Origin: a virus
Reading direction: 5' to 3' (one strand)
Virus record (IMG/VR): IMGVR_UViG_3300044998_000296
Span: 2,476-66,475 of that record
DNA: 64,000 nucleotides
The translations under genes and the position numbers were made by a program. Under the pieces are notes generated by a model. It had not been told where the DNA came from. It made no database searches and saw only the letters and a program-made list of their open reading frames with translations. Below, one piece after another: positions 26,877-36,389 of this stretch; positions within the stretch are counted from its first letter, which is position 1, and every line of letters starts with the position of its first letter.

Positions 26877-29001
26877 AAGCCGAAGTAATATCTACGACTA
26901 AAGCGGTGATTCTGGCATACCCCGCACGAAATGGAGCCGCCTCACTGGATAGAAGATACTTTCCTACGGGGAACACGGCGGGATTAGTTGCCGGAATAGG
27001 CCCGGAAACAAGCTGCGCAGTCGCCGTAACGTTAGTTCCATACGGCCCGGTGATAGACCCGGTCTCAGAATCCGAAGTTCCCCCGCTGGGGGTGATAGCC
27101 CCATGGATTGTTGGGGGGATGCGGGTTACGGAAAAACTCACACTTCCTCCACCGGAGCCCTCAAGCCGGACATTGGCCACGGCTACCGCTTTTGCAGTCC
27201 TCCTCAAAGACACGCTGGTTCCTTTGATAACGACATTTACCGACTCGGGTTTGATAATCGGCCACGGTAGGACCGTCACATTAAACTTGGTGTTGATGGA
27301 AGAAATAATGTTTGCAGTTGTGATCGAATTAAATGGAAGAAAGAACACATAGATGCTTGCTGGCACACTACCCTTGTAGCCTTCTTCAATGATTGGCACG
27401 GCCACTCCACTAGCAGATGCTTCGCAAGACGCGGTGGCAGATTCACCGACAAACGTAATTTGCGACATATACCCATCCCCCTTGGCTTTGTTCCAATAAA
27501 TTTGCACCCCCAAAAGTTTATCCGGCAGGGCAACCCGCTCTTGGCTGGTATACTCAACCGCATAATCGTCCAGCACAGATCGCACAGCCGCGTTGTCCAG
27601 CGTTTTAACCAACGATTTCCACTGGTCGATTGGGGTAACGTCAGCTCCCGACCCCGGCACACTCGCAACGGGCATAACCTGCTGTGTGAACGGAGCATCA
27701 ATCCCAAGCACTTCGTCGTATTCGTTCCCGTCAAGCTCCGGCCACGCTGCGTCGGACCGCACAATCTCCTTCACATACCGCCCATCGCCCAGAGGAGTCA
27801 CCTGTGCGGACACTGTTTTTTCGTCTATGGTAGGCAACGCCCCACTGTTGGTAAGTTCTTCGGTGGTTGTGGCGATGTTTCCCCCAAACTGTGTCACTAC
27901 CTGTTTCCCTGTGAGAGTTACTGGCAACGTCACATTAGCCGTGCGTCGCGTGGTGACTCGCTTTGTAAACGCTGTTACTTGCTGTTGGGTCTTGGCCAGG
28001 TCTCCGGCCCCCAGCGTTGGAACTGTGGCTGCTCCTACAACGGTTTCCTCTGTGGTCTCCGTGGGAACAGTGGTTCGGAATTTCGCCGGGGTAGGATCGG
28101 GACGTTCTTTTGAGTAAACTTCTCCTGCAAAAACTTCAGGAACTTCTTGAATCTCCTTCAAAGACAGGCCGCCCCCCAACGGGTCCACCTGCCCCCGGAC
28201 CGTAGCAGAAGGAGTTACTGTCTGGGGGCCATCGTCCAACGTGCGAGTGACTGTCACCAACTGACCCTCGGCGTTTGTGGAATACCCAACTTGGACTTTT
28301 GGTAAGCCCCCCGCTTTCATCCGCTCGGTTTGTTTGACAGCGAGATTGTTGTTCTCCGGGGAAACTGAAGACTCCAATACACCCGCCCCCGTGTCGGGAG
28401 CCGTGCCCGGAACAACCTTCTGCTGCGTTGTCTCCGTCTCCAGATCGGCTCGAAACGAAGGAGGGATGGAGTTCCGCTCTCCGTATCTGCCCCCGGGCAA
28501 AATCACTCCAGGCAACCCGATGTAGGTGCGCGTGACCGCCACAAACAAAGCGTCCACCGCAGGGTCATCGGAGCGAGCCTGTTCTTGAGCAACCAACTTC
28601 AGCCCTGACACCACAGGATCGGGAGTGTCCACGGCCAAGGGGGCATAAACAGCCCTCGGAATCACATAGGTTCTGGTAAGGACAGGCTTGGTGTGCGCCT
28701 CGTCAAGATACTTGGTCTCGAAATTATAGGCGTCTTGATTAAGCCGCTCATTCAAAAAATACCAGTCGTGCTCCCCGGTCTGCTGGTTATAGCTGATCTT
28801 GGCGAGCTTATAAGTATCCGATTCGTAGGGGGCCAAGTCCCGTTCATTGAGGAACGAGCAGTTCTGCAAAGCAGTGCCTTCGGCAAGCTCGGCGTAGCCC
28901 GCCCGGTTGGGGTCTCGAACCACGCGCAGCAAGCGGGCCTGCTGTCCGGGAACCGGAAAGGACACTACCTCAATTCTGTCGTAGGAACGCGGAGCAGGCA
29001 T
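26869..29001 (-). CDS. putative tail structural protein
   Basis: 710 aa, Thr/Val-rich, with internal repeats (V.PLG.G...KEI) and beta character. Confidence 0.55.
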   Translation of the reverse strand: MPAPRSYDRIEVVSFPVPGQQARLLRVVRDPNRAGYAELAEGTALQNCSFLNERDLAPYESDTYKLAKISYNQQTGEHDWYFLNERLNQDAYNFETKYLDEAHTKPVLTRTYVIPRAVYAPLAVDTPDPVVSGLKLVAQEQARSDDPAVDALFVAVTRTYIGLPGVILPGGRYGERNSIPPSFRADLETETTQQKVVPGTAPDTGAGVLESSVSPENNNLAVKQTERMKAGGLPKVQVGYSTNAEGQLVTVTRTLDDGPQTVTPSATVRGQVDPLGGGLSLKEIQEVPEVFAGEVYSKERPDPTPAKFRTTVPTETTEETVVGAATVPTLGAGDLAKTQQQVTAFTKRVTTRRTANVTLPVTLTGKQVVTQFGGNIATTTEELTNSGALPTIDEKTVSAQVTPLGDGRYVKEIVRSDAAWPELDGNEYDEVLGIDAPFTQQVMPVASVPGSGADVTPIDQWKSLVKTLDNAAVRSVLDDYAVEYTSQERVALPDKLLGVQIYWNKAKGDGYMSQITFVGESATASCEASASGVAVPIIEEGYKGSVPASIYVFFLPFNSITTANIISSINTKFNVTVLPWPIIKPESVNVVIKGTSVSLRRTAKAVAVANVRLEGSGGGSVSFSVTRIPPTIHGAITPSGGTSDSETGSITGPYGTNVTATAQLVSGPIPATNPAVFPVGKYLLSSEAAPFRAGYARITALVVDITSAYV

Positions 29002-29091
29002 AAGTCAATAACATATAGGGCAGAGTGCGAAGTGTATCAGGCGGGGTGAACCGAGGGCATACGTTATCCTACACCTCCCGGGCACACCCAG

Positions 29092-29544
29092 TCAAGGCAC
29101 CACCCGAATATCTTCTCGAAAGGTCCCCTCTCCGGGATACGACGTGTTGCCCGTGTCCCACAAAACCCCACCGTCTGGCTGAACGGTTCCGAAGGTTCCC
29201 CGCTTGCGGGACTGCACGCGGGTCCCGGGACCGGGCCGGGTGTAGTCAATTTTCGGACGCCCGCGCCCACGACTTGGCTCTGGCTTGGCTTGAACGGAGG
29301 ACTTAGCCTTCCCGTCTATCCGCTCGCGGTAGCCAGTCACCATAACTTTGCGCCCCGTCCGCTCATCCCAAACCGGGAAAGAGCCCCGCTCAATTTGACC
29401 GGAACGCAAGCCCGGAGCCAATAGCTCGGCTACTCGTTCGACGGAGCAGTCCAACTGCTCGGCTATCTCTTCTCGCGTATCCCAACCCGCCGGGAAGGAA
29501 TACTGTTGCTTGTTGAGTTTGTTGATTGTGGTTTTCCAGTTCAT
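29092..29544 (-). CDS. small putative DNA-binding protein
   Basis: HTH-like TREEIAEQLDCSVERV and AT-hook-like RGRGRPK. Confidence 0.55.
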   Translation of the reverse strand: MNWKTTINKLNKQQYSFPAGWDTREEIAEQLDCSVERVAELLAPGLRSGQIERGSFPVWDERTGRKVMVTGYRERIDGKAKSSVQAKPEPSRGRGRPKIDYTRPGPGTRVQSRKRGTFGTVQPDGGVLWDTGNTSYPGEGTFREDIRVVP

Positions 29545-29550
29545 AAGCTT

Positions 29551-30558
29551 TTAATGAAAGAGGATTGGTGCGGTCATGGTTCTGCCGCGCTTCTTGTCGA
29601 GGAGAAAGAACGTCTGCGCGGGAGGCTCGTAGGGAGCTTTGATCGACACTGCGTAGGCATTGTGGCCGATGAGAGAACCATTGCACAACCAATTCCGGTT
29701 CTGTTGGAATGTATGCCAATGGCCGAAGATGTCGATGTCAGCCCGAGCCGGGGACTTGTTCCAACTGGCGATGGCCTTCTCAACCGGAATAGTCAACCCG
29801 CCGATGCCCCCTTGATATTTCAGACCGTCCCCATGATGAAACCGGATGCGCTTGTCAAAGACCGTCATCAAATTGTGGTAGCTGTTGGCTACCTGCCACT
29901 GAATCTGTTCATCCGAAAACCGGGATTCCAGAATTTTGTAGAGGAGCCACTCGTAACTATTGGCCGCTCCAGTCGCGTGGCGGGGTTTGATCGTCGTGCG
30001 TCCGTGGTTTCCATATGAGGTTGGAACCAAGATTTTCTTGAAGTGCCCCCGCAGCGTGGTCAACCCCTTGGCAAACTGCTCTTGCAACCAGAGCAATGTC
30101 TGGGTCGGGCTCAACTCGTTGGTTTCCCGAAGCTCCTCATGGATAAACCCGGAAAGCGTATCCCCGCCGATCCAGAAAACCAGCGTGTCGATGTCGGCCC
30201 CGCCTCGCTCAATCTCCGTCAAACGAACCACCGTCTTAAAAAATTTCTCAATGCGCTGTTCCGCAATCTTGAGATTAAACTCGTTGAGCCCGTTGACGGA
30301 TTCGGCTTCCACGGTTTCTTCCACATGCCAGTCCGAGGCCAGCGCGAAAGCCACTGCCGTAGCCCGATTGGTTGTCGGGACGGAAAGCGGAGTAGCCGCA
30401 GGCTTGGCCTTCCCCAAACTCAAGGCTACCCCGAGTTGGCTTTCCAGTTCCTCCACCGTCTCCTGGTATCGCGCGATAGATTTTTTCAAATCATCGACTT
30501 CCATCTTATGGGCCTTGGCCCGTTGGTTGCGCTCAATTTCAATCCACTGATTTTTCAT
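29551..30558 (-). CDS. calcineurin-like metallophosphoesterase
   Basis: SDWH, GGD, GNHG, HHGD and GHWH motifs in order. Confidence 0.85.
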   Translation of the reverse strand: MKNQWIEIERNQRAKAHKMEVDDLKKSIARYQETVEELESQLGVALSLGKAKPAATPLSVPTTNRATAVAFALASDWHVEETVEAESVNGLNEFNLKIAEQRIEKFFKTVVRLTEIERGGADIDTLVFWIGGDTLSGFIHEELRETNELSPTQTLLWLQEQFAKGLTTLRGHFKKILVPTSYGNHGRTTIKPRHATGAANSYEWLLYKILESRFSDEQIQWQVANSYHNLMTVFDKRIRFHHGDGLKYQGGIGGLTIPVEKAIASWNKSPARADIDIFGHWHTFQQNRNWLCNGSLIGHNAYAVSIKAPYEPPAQTFFLLDKKRGRTMTAPILFH

Positions 30559-30567
30559 AGGGCTTGT

Positions 30568-30858
30568 TTAAGGGTTGCTTCCATCCGTTACAGCCAAGTT
30601 CATGGCCACTATCGCGTTGACCAAGGCTTCCTCTCCTTGTTCAATGGAGTCCTCGTCCAAATCTGGGTAGCAGGCGTGCAGGACTTCATGGATCAAGGTC
30701 GCGGGAAGGTCGGTTCCAGGGCGCAGATAGATTGTTCGGGTTCCATAATCGCACAGCCCTTCGATTTTTTCTTTGACCGGAGGGTTGGCCACCAAAATTC
30801 TCCACGTTTTTCCACGGATTCGGACTCGACGGACCTTCGGAGTTTTTGAGGAAGGCAT
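30568..30858 (-). CDS. small HExxH zincin-like protein
   Basis: GLCDY..RTIYL...TLIHEVLHA. Confidence 0.7.
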   Translation of the reverse strand: MPSSKTPKVRRVRIRGKTWRILVANPPVKEKIEGLCDYGTRTIYLRPGTDLPATLIHEVLHACYPDLDEDSIEQGEEALVNAIVAMNLAVTDGSNP

Positions 30859-30909
30859 AACATAGGGTGCTTATCTAACGAGTGGCTTGAAATTCTTACG
30901 CTTGGTTGG

Positions 30910-31425
30910 TTAGAATCTTTCAGCTTTCCAAGCAAGGCGAATATACCCAGCCGCCCCGGAAACTGACCTGCTTCTTAGATATACTCCGTCTCCGTCCCTG
31001 CCCCCGCTTGAGTCTGTGTTCGCTTCAATCGTGTTGAGCCTTGCCCCGCTTACGCTCTCTACAATTCCTATGTGGTTTGGTGTCGAGCCGCCAAAAGCCC
31101 AATACACTAAGTCTCCCGGCTGAGGAAAGTATTTGCTGCTTGATGGCGAAAAAACCAACGCCCCATTTCCGTCTCTCCTTGCCCAAGCCACAAGGTTTCT
31201 AACGGATGCGTCTCTTGGAGCCGGGCCGACTTTGAACCCGCGCCGTATCGCCTCAGCAACAACCCAGCATACAAACGCTGCACAGTATGGTTCCCGATTT
31301 TGGTAGCCGTTCGGATAATTCGTATCCATCCAGTATTTTTCAATACCGTGCCCTTGGTTTCGGGACGTTTCCCTGACGGCAAGCTGGCTCTTGGCAATCT
31401 CAACAAAAATGGTGCGCGGGTTCAT
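30910..31425 (-). CDS. CHAP-domain endolysin (cysteine amidase)
   Basis: PYCAAFVCW, PGDLV, HIGIVE, TIEANT. Confidence 0.85.
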   Translation of the reverse strand: MNPRTIFVEIAKSQLAVRETSRNQGHGIEKYWMDTNYPNGYQNREPYCAAFVCWVVAEAIRRGFKVGPAPRDASVRNLVAWARRDGNGALVFSPSSSKYFPQPGDLVYWAFGGSTPNHIGIVESVSGARLNTIEANTDSSGGRDGDGVYLRSRSVSGAAGYIRLAWKAERF

Positions 31426-31949
31426 GTTGTTTCGTGGTCTTTGCAGGAGCCGCCCCTCCCTTTGGTTAATGTTCCCCAATGGTAGAAAGGAATCCCAGCG
31501 GTCATTACAGCGTTGCGGTAGCCTCCGGCAATGAGACGCGCCCAGCCGGGATTGCGAACTTTGAGCCGTTCAATGTCGTAGATCATCAGTTCGTAGAATA
31601 GGATGTCAGCTTCTCGCCGGGTGAGCGGGCAGCAAGGAACGTGTGCAAACTGATAAAACGCATCGTGAACCGCGCTGGCCAATCGCGTCCACAAAAAGTC
31701 CGGCGTCCCCAACCAGAACCCAAACAATTTGGTTTTGGGCGAGCAGCCGTCCGTTGCATAGCCCTTGCGAACGCAGATAACCTCCTCATCAATGGAGAGC
31801 CAAACTTTTTCTGCATCATCGGCGAACAAATGACTGCCGAGGTCGCGGTGAACATAAATCAGCAAATCGCTCTCCAGCGTGAAGCGGTAGCGCGGCCCCT
31901 CAGAATAGAGATGCTTAGAAATCAACCGAGGCTGGAACATCTGGCTCAT
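31422..31949 (-). CDS. DUF1353-like protein
   Basis: GYATDGCS, ASAVHDAFYQ, RREADILF motifs; lysis region. Confidence 0.7.
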   Translation of the reverse strand: MSQMFQPRLISKHLYSEGPRYRFTLESDLLIYVHRDLGSHLFADDAEKVWLSIDEEVICVRKGYATDGCSPKTKLFGFWLGTPDFLWTRLASAVHDAFYQFAHVPCCPLTRREADILFYELMIYDIERLKVRNPGWARLIAGGYRNAVMTAGIPFYHWGTLTKGRGGSCKDHETT

Positions 31950-32167
31950 TTGTCACCTAACCAAATGTCGGGCAGCGGCTCGGTCCCGGTGAGTTGAGCG
32001 TGGATTTGAACATCCATTCGATGCCGCTGTCCGATGGGGAGGCTGAACGCGCAGCCGGACAGGGTGGCGATGAGCAGGGCCGTTAAAACAACCGCAGCGA
32101 GCAAAACAAAAACATCCTTCACTCCCTCAATCAGCCGATACTTGAACAACTCCCAATCAGTTTTCAT
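31946..32167 (-). CDS. putative lipoprotein / spanin-like
   Basis: Hydrophobic stretch followed by lipobox LSGC. Confidence 0.5.
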   Translation of the reverse strand: MKTDWELFKYRLIEGVKDVFVLLAAVVLTALLIATLSGCAFSLPIGQRHRMDVQIHAQLTGTEPLPDIWLGDK

Positions 32168-32381
32168 TGGGCGGAGGTTGGTTGCGGGTGTTGACGAGGA
32201 TGCCAGTCAACGCTCCGAGAATGAATGTTGTCGCGTCTTTCAGTGCTCCAAAAACTGCCTCGTCCGGAGAAATATCAAAAATGGACATGTAGGACAATGA
32301 GAGGACGCAGGTTAATGCGATGAGGCAAATGCTGCCTACAACCAGATACAGCACTGGTGATGGAGTGCGGCTCGGTGTCAT
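32157..32381 (-). CDS. putative holin
   Basis: 74 aa with two TM segments, next to the endolysin. Confidence 0.55.
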   Translation of the reverse strand: MTPSRTPSPVLYLVVGSICLIALTCVLSLSYMSIFDISPDEAVFGALKDATTFILGALTGILVNTRNQPPPNEN

Positions 32382-32749
32382 GGCCTTTTCTCCTCTATGC
32401 GCAGACGAGCCTCGTGGTCCTCGACCATCAACACCATATAATCCAGCTTTGCCGTCATTCTTCCGGCGTAATAGACGGTTACGCCTATTTGTGCGAGCAT
32501 TGCGATAACTCCTGAAACAAAAAGCCCCAGCAGCGTCAAAAACACAGTTCGCAGGAATTGCGCCTGACCGTCCCTTTCACGGATTGTGATGCGGATTTCG
32601 TGGACCTCTTTTTTTACCGTGTCGAGATCGCGTCCGATGCGCTCCAACGCTGCGTCATGCCGCCCTTGCGCCTCCTCAAGTGCATAAATGCGCGTCGGGA
32701 GCGTCACACAAACTCCGTCATTCGGGCAGTTTTCGGGCGGTAGGTGCAT
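32378..32749 (-). CDS. coiled-coil membrane protein (lysis-associated)
   Basis: Coiled coil plus one TM segment; ends DHEARLR. Confidence 0.55.
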   Translation of the reverse strand: MHLPPENCPNDGVCVTLPTRIYALEEAQGRHDAALERIGRDLDTVKKEVHEIRITIRERDGQAQFLRTVFLTLLGLFVSGVIAMLAQIGVTVYYAGRMTAKLDYMVLMVEDHEARLRIEEKRP

Positions 32750-32755
32750 TACAGA

Positions 32756-33178
32756 CTATTCCTCCGGCGTGGACTCAGGCTCCTCCGGCGGCAGGATCGT
32801 CACCGTGCCGTCCTCGTTGATCTCAAATGGCGGGATGCGAGCGAGCAGCGCGTTAACCTCTGCGATGGCGGCGGTGTCACCCGCGAGAGTTAGCTCGTTC
32901 AGGACGTAGGCCGTCAGCCGGGCGTTGATGCCAAACAGCAGTCCAGCCCGAGGGCCGAGCGCGTCCAGGACCGCCTGCGGATCGGGGCTGTCCCAGAGCA
33001 GGCGGAAATTGTGCCGGAACTCGCCGAGGATGGCGTTTTTGCTCGCCTCTACAGACTCGACAATGAGCCGGGCCTGACGTTCCGCCGGGGTTTCCGGCGG
33101 GGCTCCGAGGAGTTGAGCGTGGGCGTTACCCGCAACAAATGCTGCGGCCAGTGTTAGGATGAGGATTGGGTTTTTCAT
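32756..33178 (-). CDS. hypothetical protein with signal-peptide-like N-terminus
   Basis: MKNPILILTLAAAFVAGNAHAQ; downstream of the fibre-like gene. Confidence 0.6.
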   Translation of the reverse strand: MKNPILILTLAAAFVAGNAHAQLLGAPPETPAERQARLIVESVEASKNAILGEFRHNFRLLWDSPDPQAVLDALGPRAGLLFGINARLTAYVLNELTLAGDTAAIAEVNALLARIPPFEINEDGTVTILPPEEPESTPEE

Positions 33179-33199
33179 AAAGTGATTTTTGCGGTGGGT

Positions 33200-34609
33200 T
33201 TAATCGAGAAATGCCATGCGGATGCGGGGGATTGCCACGCTGTAATCTGTCGTCCCGGCACCGTTGGTGATGCCCATTTCCATGTTATATATCGTGCTAG
33301 CCGTGTTTCCTGTGGGGCCGCCAGACGTGGTGACGGGAGTCCCAGAGTTGAGCCGGAATGTTACGTTTCCGGCCCCGTCGGAGGTGATGAGCACTCGGCA
33401 CACCTGACGATTTGTTATCGTTCCAAACGAGGCCGTTTCCGTGAGCGTAGTGCCGTTATGAACTGCCCCGTAAATCTGCTGATTATTGATGCGGAAACCA
33501 ATCCCCCGGCTGCTCAATGCTCGGGGTGTGGCCGAAAAACTGCCATCATACCCCAACCCAAATCGAAATGTATCTTCCGTGCCCGAAGAACTACCAAATT
33601 CACTAAGGAAAACTGCGATCGAAAATGGGCGGGAAAAATTGAGGTAACGAACGTCTGACCCAGCCGCAATCAACTGCCCGTAGATTCCCGTATTTTGCGT
33701 GCCGCTAGTCGATATAACCGCACTGCTGCCGGTCGTTGCCGTCGTTCGCAGGACGAGGATTTGTGGAACCTCTGTGGCGTTTCGGAAAATTCCACCGCCA
33801 GCAACCGCAGAACGCCACGCACCGGGGAATGTCGAGATTTCGACGATCTGCTGGGTTAGCCAACGGTCGAGGTCGATTTGTTTGTGCGTGCCGACGTTGG
33901 CGATGCTGCCCGCCGCCGTGCCGTTGGCGTTGGCGGCGGTGATGGTGCCGGAGATGGTCAGCGTGTCGGAAGCTGAGTCGCCGAGGGCGGTGTTGCCCTG
34001 CACGGTGAGGTTGTCCGCAAACGTGCGGTTGCCCGTGATGGTGCTCGGCAGGGAGATCGTGGGGTTGCCAGCGGTGCCGTTGCCGTTGGTCACGGTGATC
34101 TGGCCAGCGGTGCCGGTGATGGTGCGGGCGGCGGTCTCGATGGGGCTGGTGCGGACGATGAGGCCGTTGGAAATGGGCAACCGGGCGGGGGTCCAGCGGT
34201 CAGGGGAAATGTAATCTTCATCATCACTTGCCCACGAATATGAAACGGTCGCGCCGGGAAGCACAATATCCTGAGAATCAAGATCCGTATCGAAAATTTC
34301 AATTAACCCCGGCCCAGCATTGATGATGGTGCCCGTATGGCTGCTGGAACCTAAATTGAGCTGACCATCCGGCCCGCTATAAAATACGATACCCCCATTC
34401 AGCACATCCTCACTCTCGACTCGCCGGACCACGCGGACATTGGGATTTGCAGCGAGGGCGTTGGCGAGGGCAATGGAGTTCGCAGCCCAAAAATTAGTCG
34501 GAGCAACGAGCGTGCCGTTGCCGTTAGTCGTGACGGTCTGCCGGGTAGTCTGCGCCTGTGCGTAAGCGGCCAGAGCCAAAATTGCGAAGATAGAGAAGAG
34601 TTGTTTCAT
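33200..34609 (-). CDS. tail fibre/spike-like protein with signal-peptide-like N-terminus
   Basis: Fibre-type repeats RTITGTAGQITVTNGNGTAGNPTISLP and LTVQGNTALGD..SDTLTI; C-terminal lectin-like beta domain. Confidence 0.6.
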   Translation of the reverse strand: MKQLFSIFAILALAAYAQAQTTRQTVTTNGNGTLVAPTNFWAANSIALANALAANPNVRVVRRVESEDVLNGGIVFYSGPDGQLNLGSSSHTGTIINAGPGLIEIFDTDLDSQDIVLPGATVSYSWASDDEDYISPDRWTPARLPISNGLIVRTSPIETAARTITGTAGQITVTNGNGTAGNPTISLPSTITGNRTFADNLTVQGNTALGDSASDTLTISGTITAANANGTAAGSIANVGTHKQIDLDRWLTQQIVEISTFPGAWRSAVAGGGIFRNATEVPQILVLRTTATTGSSAVISTSGTQNTGIYGQLIAAGSDVRYLNFSRPFSIAVFLSEFGSSSGTEDTFRFGLGYDGSFSATPRALSSRGIGFRINNQQIYGAVHNGTTLTETASFGTITNRQVCRVLITSDGAGNVTFRLNSGTPVTTSGGPTGNTASTIYNMEMGITNGAGTTDYSVAIPRIRMAFLD

Positions 34610-34619
34610 GGGTTCAAAA

Positions 34620-34874
34620 TTAAGGTTTGGTGGCGATGAGTTGACCGTCGTTATTAATCGTTATAGTCCAGACTGAGGAATCGGGGGAGCGAAGGGAAAC
34701 GCTGTCCACCCCAACCCCGACTAAAACAACCTCTTTGGCGGACCCGTCTGCGTCCCCAATCTTAGTTTTCCCATCCTCCCGGTCCAAGAAGATGGTTTTT
34801 TCTCCCAGCGGTCTTAGAGCCACGGGGGTTTTGATCGGTCGGAGACGGATTGAATCAGCGTAAATCTTACTCAT
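34620..34874 (-). CDS. small structural protein
   Basis: LRSPDSSVWTITINNDGQL motif typical of fibre/decoration proteins; directly after capsid. Confidence 0.55.
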   Translation of the reverse strand: MSKIYADSIRLRPIKTPVALRPLGEKTIFLDREDGKTKIGDADGSAKEVVLVGVGVDSVSLRSPDSSVWTITINNDGQLIATKP

Positions 34875-34991
34875 ATTATGACGGAGTTGGTTTTCCTAAC
34901 TTAGCTTCTTTGCATGTCTGCTAAAGTCTCCCCACCAACCGCCTGTGAAGGTTGTCGATGGGGAGGGAATTAGCCTACCTACAAAGATAGC

Positions 34992-36143
34992 TTAGGACTC
35001 GTTGCAAGCCGAAGCATCCGAAGCGAAGCCGCAACGCAGCCCTCGAACAACCATGCCGAATTCAGGGAAGACGGGCTTGGTCCCGGTCCCGAACACGCCA
35101 CGGAAAAACCCGTAGTTACGGTCTGGGTTCTCGGTGCGGTGTTGGATGTTCAGCCAGGTCCACTCGCCACGGTAGTTACCGGGGTTGAACTGGGCTTTGC
35201 CGTAGTTCTTCTGCGTCGGGAAGATGATCGAGCGCAGCACGTCGCTGTTGTAGATAATCAAATCTTCAGCTTGCGCGGTTTCATAGGCCGGGTTTTCAAT
35301 CAGCTTGCCGCCACTCCAGATCAACGGTTCGACTTCGACCCAGTTCGGTCCAACGAGGTTGAAGCGGGGAGGGTAAATATCGTTGATGAGCCAGAGGTTA
35401 CGGAACATTTTGTCCACACCAAGCGGAGCCAAAAGCTCGGGAACCCGGGTGGATTCACGCAAGTCTTGGCGATACTTGGATTCCGACTGGATGCGCTCCA
35501 GAAGTTCCATGCCGCCGATAGCTGTGAAGGTGGGTGCGCCCCCGACCATTCCATGTCCGCCGCGTCCGCCCGTGTAGCGAATCGCCCGGGCCGAAAGTTG
35601 GAGCAGCATGGAGCCGCTGACAACGCTCGTCGGGGCAATCGGGTCCCAGGTGTCGCCGCAGTCCACAAGCCCGCCAAGAGTGGCGATATACTTGTGCCCA
35701 GCAACGCGGGTGTATTCTTCACGGTTCCGACGAATCCATGCGTGGTTCGTCACTTCGGACAAACGCTGGACGAGAGCCGCCATTTGCTCCTGAGCCTTGA
35801 AGCTGTTCATCAGGTCGAGGACGCAGATGTCGGGACTTTCCAGGCTGGTGTGCTGGAGGTTATACTCGCGCAAAGTTTGAGTGAACGCCAAACGCTGAAC
35901 CGGGGGGATACAAGTCCCGCCGTTTTCGCCGTCGCTGGCCTGAACATCCTGCCAAATAAGCGGGTTGCTGGGGAGCGTGCGGTCCCAAGTGAGCGTTTTG
36001 ATGGAGAAGCCTTGCCCTTCGGGCCATGCTTCTTGTTTGGGGAGGTCGAGCCACGCCGAGGTGTGGAGACCCTTTTTGTAAATCTCTCCGGAAATCATTC
36101 CTTCGAGATTGACCATGATTTGGTCGATTGCTGGAGCTGCCAT
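34992..36143 (-). CDS. major capsid protein
   Basis: 383 aa from MAAPAIDQ; follows portal and scaffold; size and position fit an HK97-fold capsid. Confidence 0.7.
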   Translation of the reverse strand: MAAPAIDQIMVNLEGMISGEIYKKGLHTSAWLDLPKQEAWPEGQGFSIKTLTWDRTLPSNPLIWQDVQASDGENGGTCIPPVQRLAFTQTLREYNLQHTSLESPDICVLDLMNSFKAQEQMAALVQRLSEVTNHAWIRRNREEYTRVAGHKYIATLGGLVDCGDTWDPIAPTSVVSGSMLLQLSARAIRYTGGRGGHGMVGGAPTFTAIGGMELLERIQSESKYRQDLRESTRVPELLAPLGVDKMFRNLWLINDIYPPRFNLVGPNWVEVEPLIWSGGKLIENPAYETAQAEDLIIYNSDVLRSIIFPTQKNYGKAQFNPGNYRGEWTWLNIQHRTENPDRNYGFFRGVFGTGTKPVFPEFGMVVRGLRCGFASDASACNES

Positions 36144-36389
36144 AGTGCTTGAAAAAAGTTGAAATTTGCTTTCAACAGCCCCGGCTCTGCTGACTCCCGG
36201 TTTGCAAAACAGCGTCGTTGGCTGCCGCTTCGGGCTGGTCACTTTCCCACTCGGGAAAAGTCGGGACCGTTACTTTGTCAGCAGTGATTTCGGGGGAGGA
36301 TTCACGCACCCTCACTGGAGTATGCAGCCCCAGTTCGCTTGATTTAAGTCAACGTGTAGGCCAAAGCACTACACCCGTCAACCTAAATT

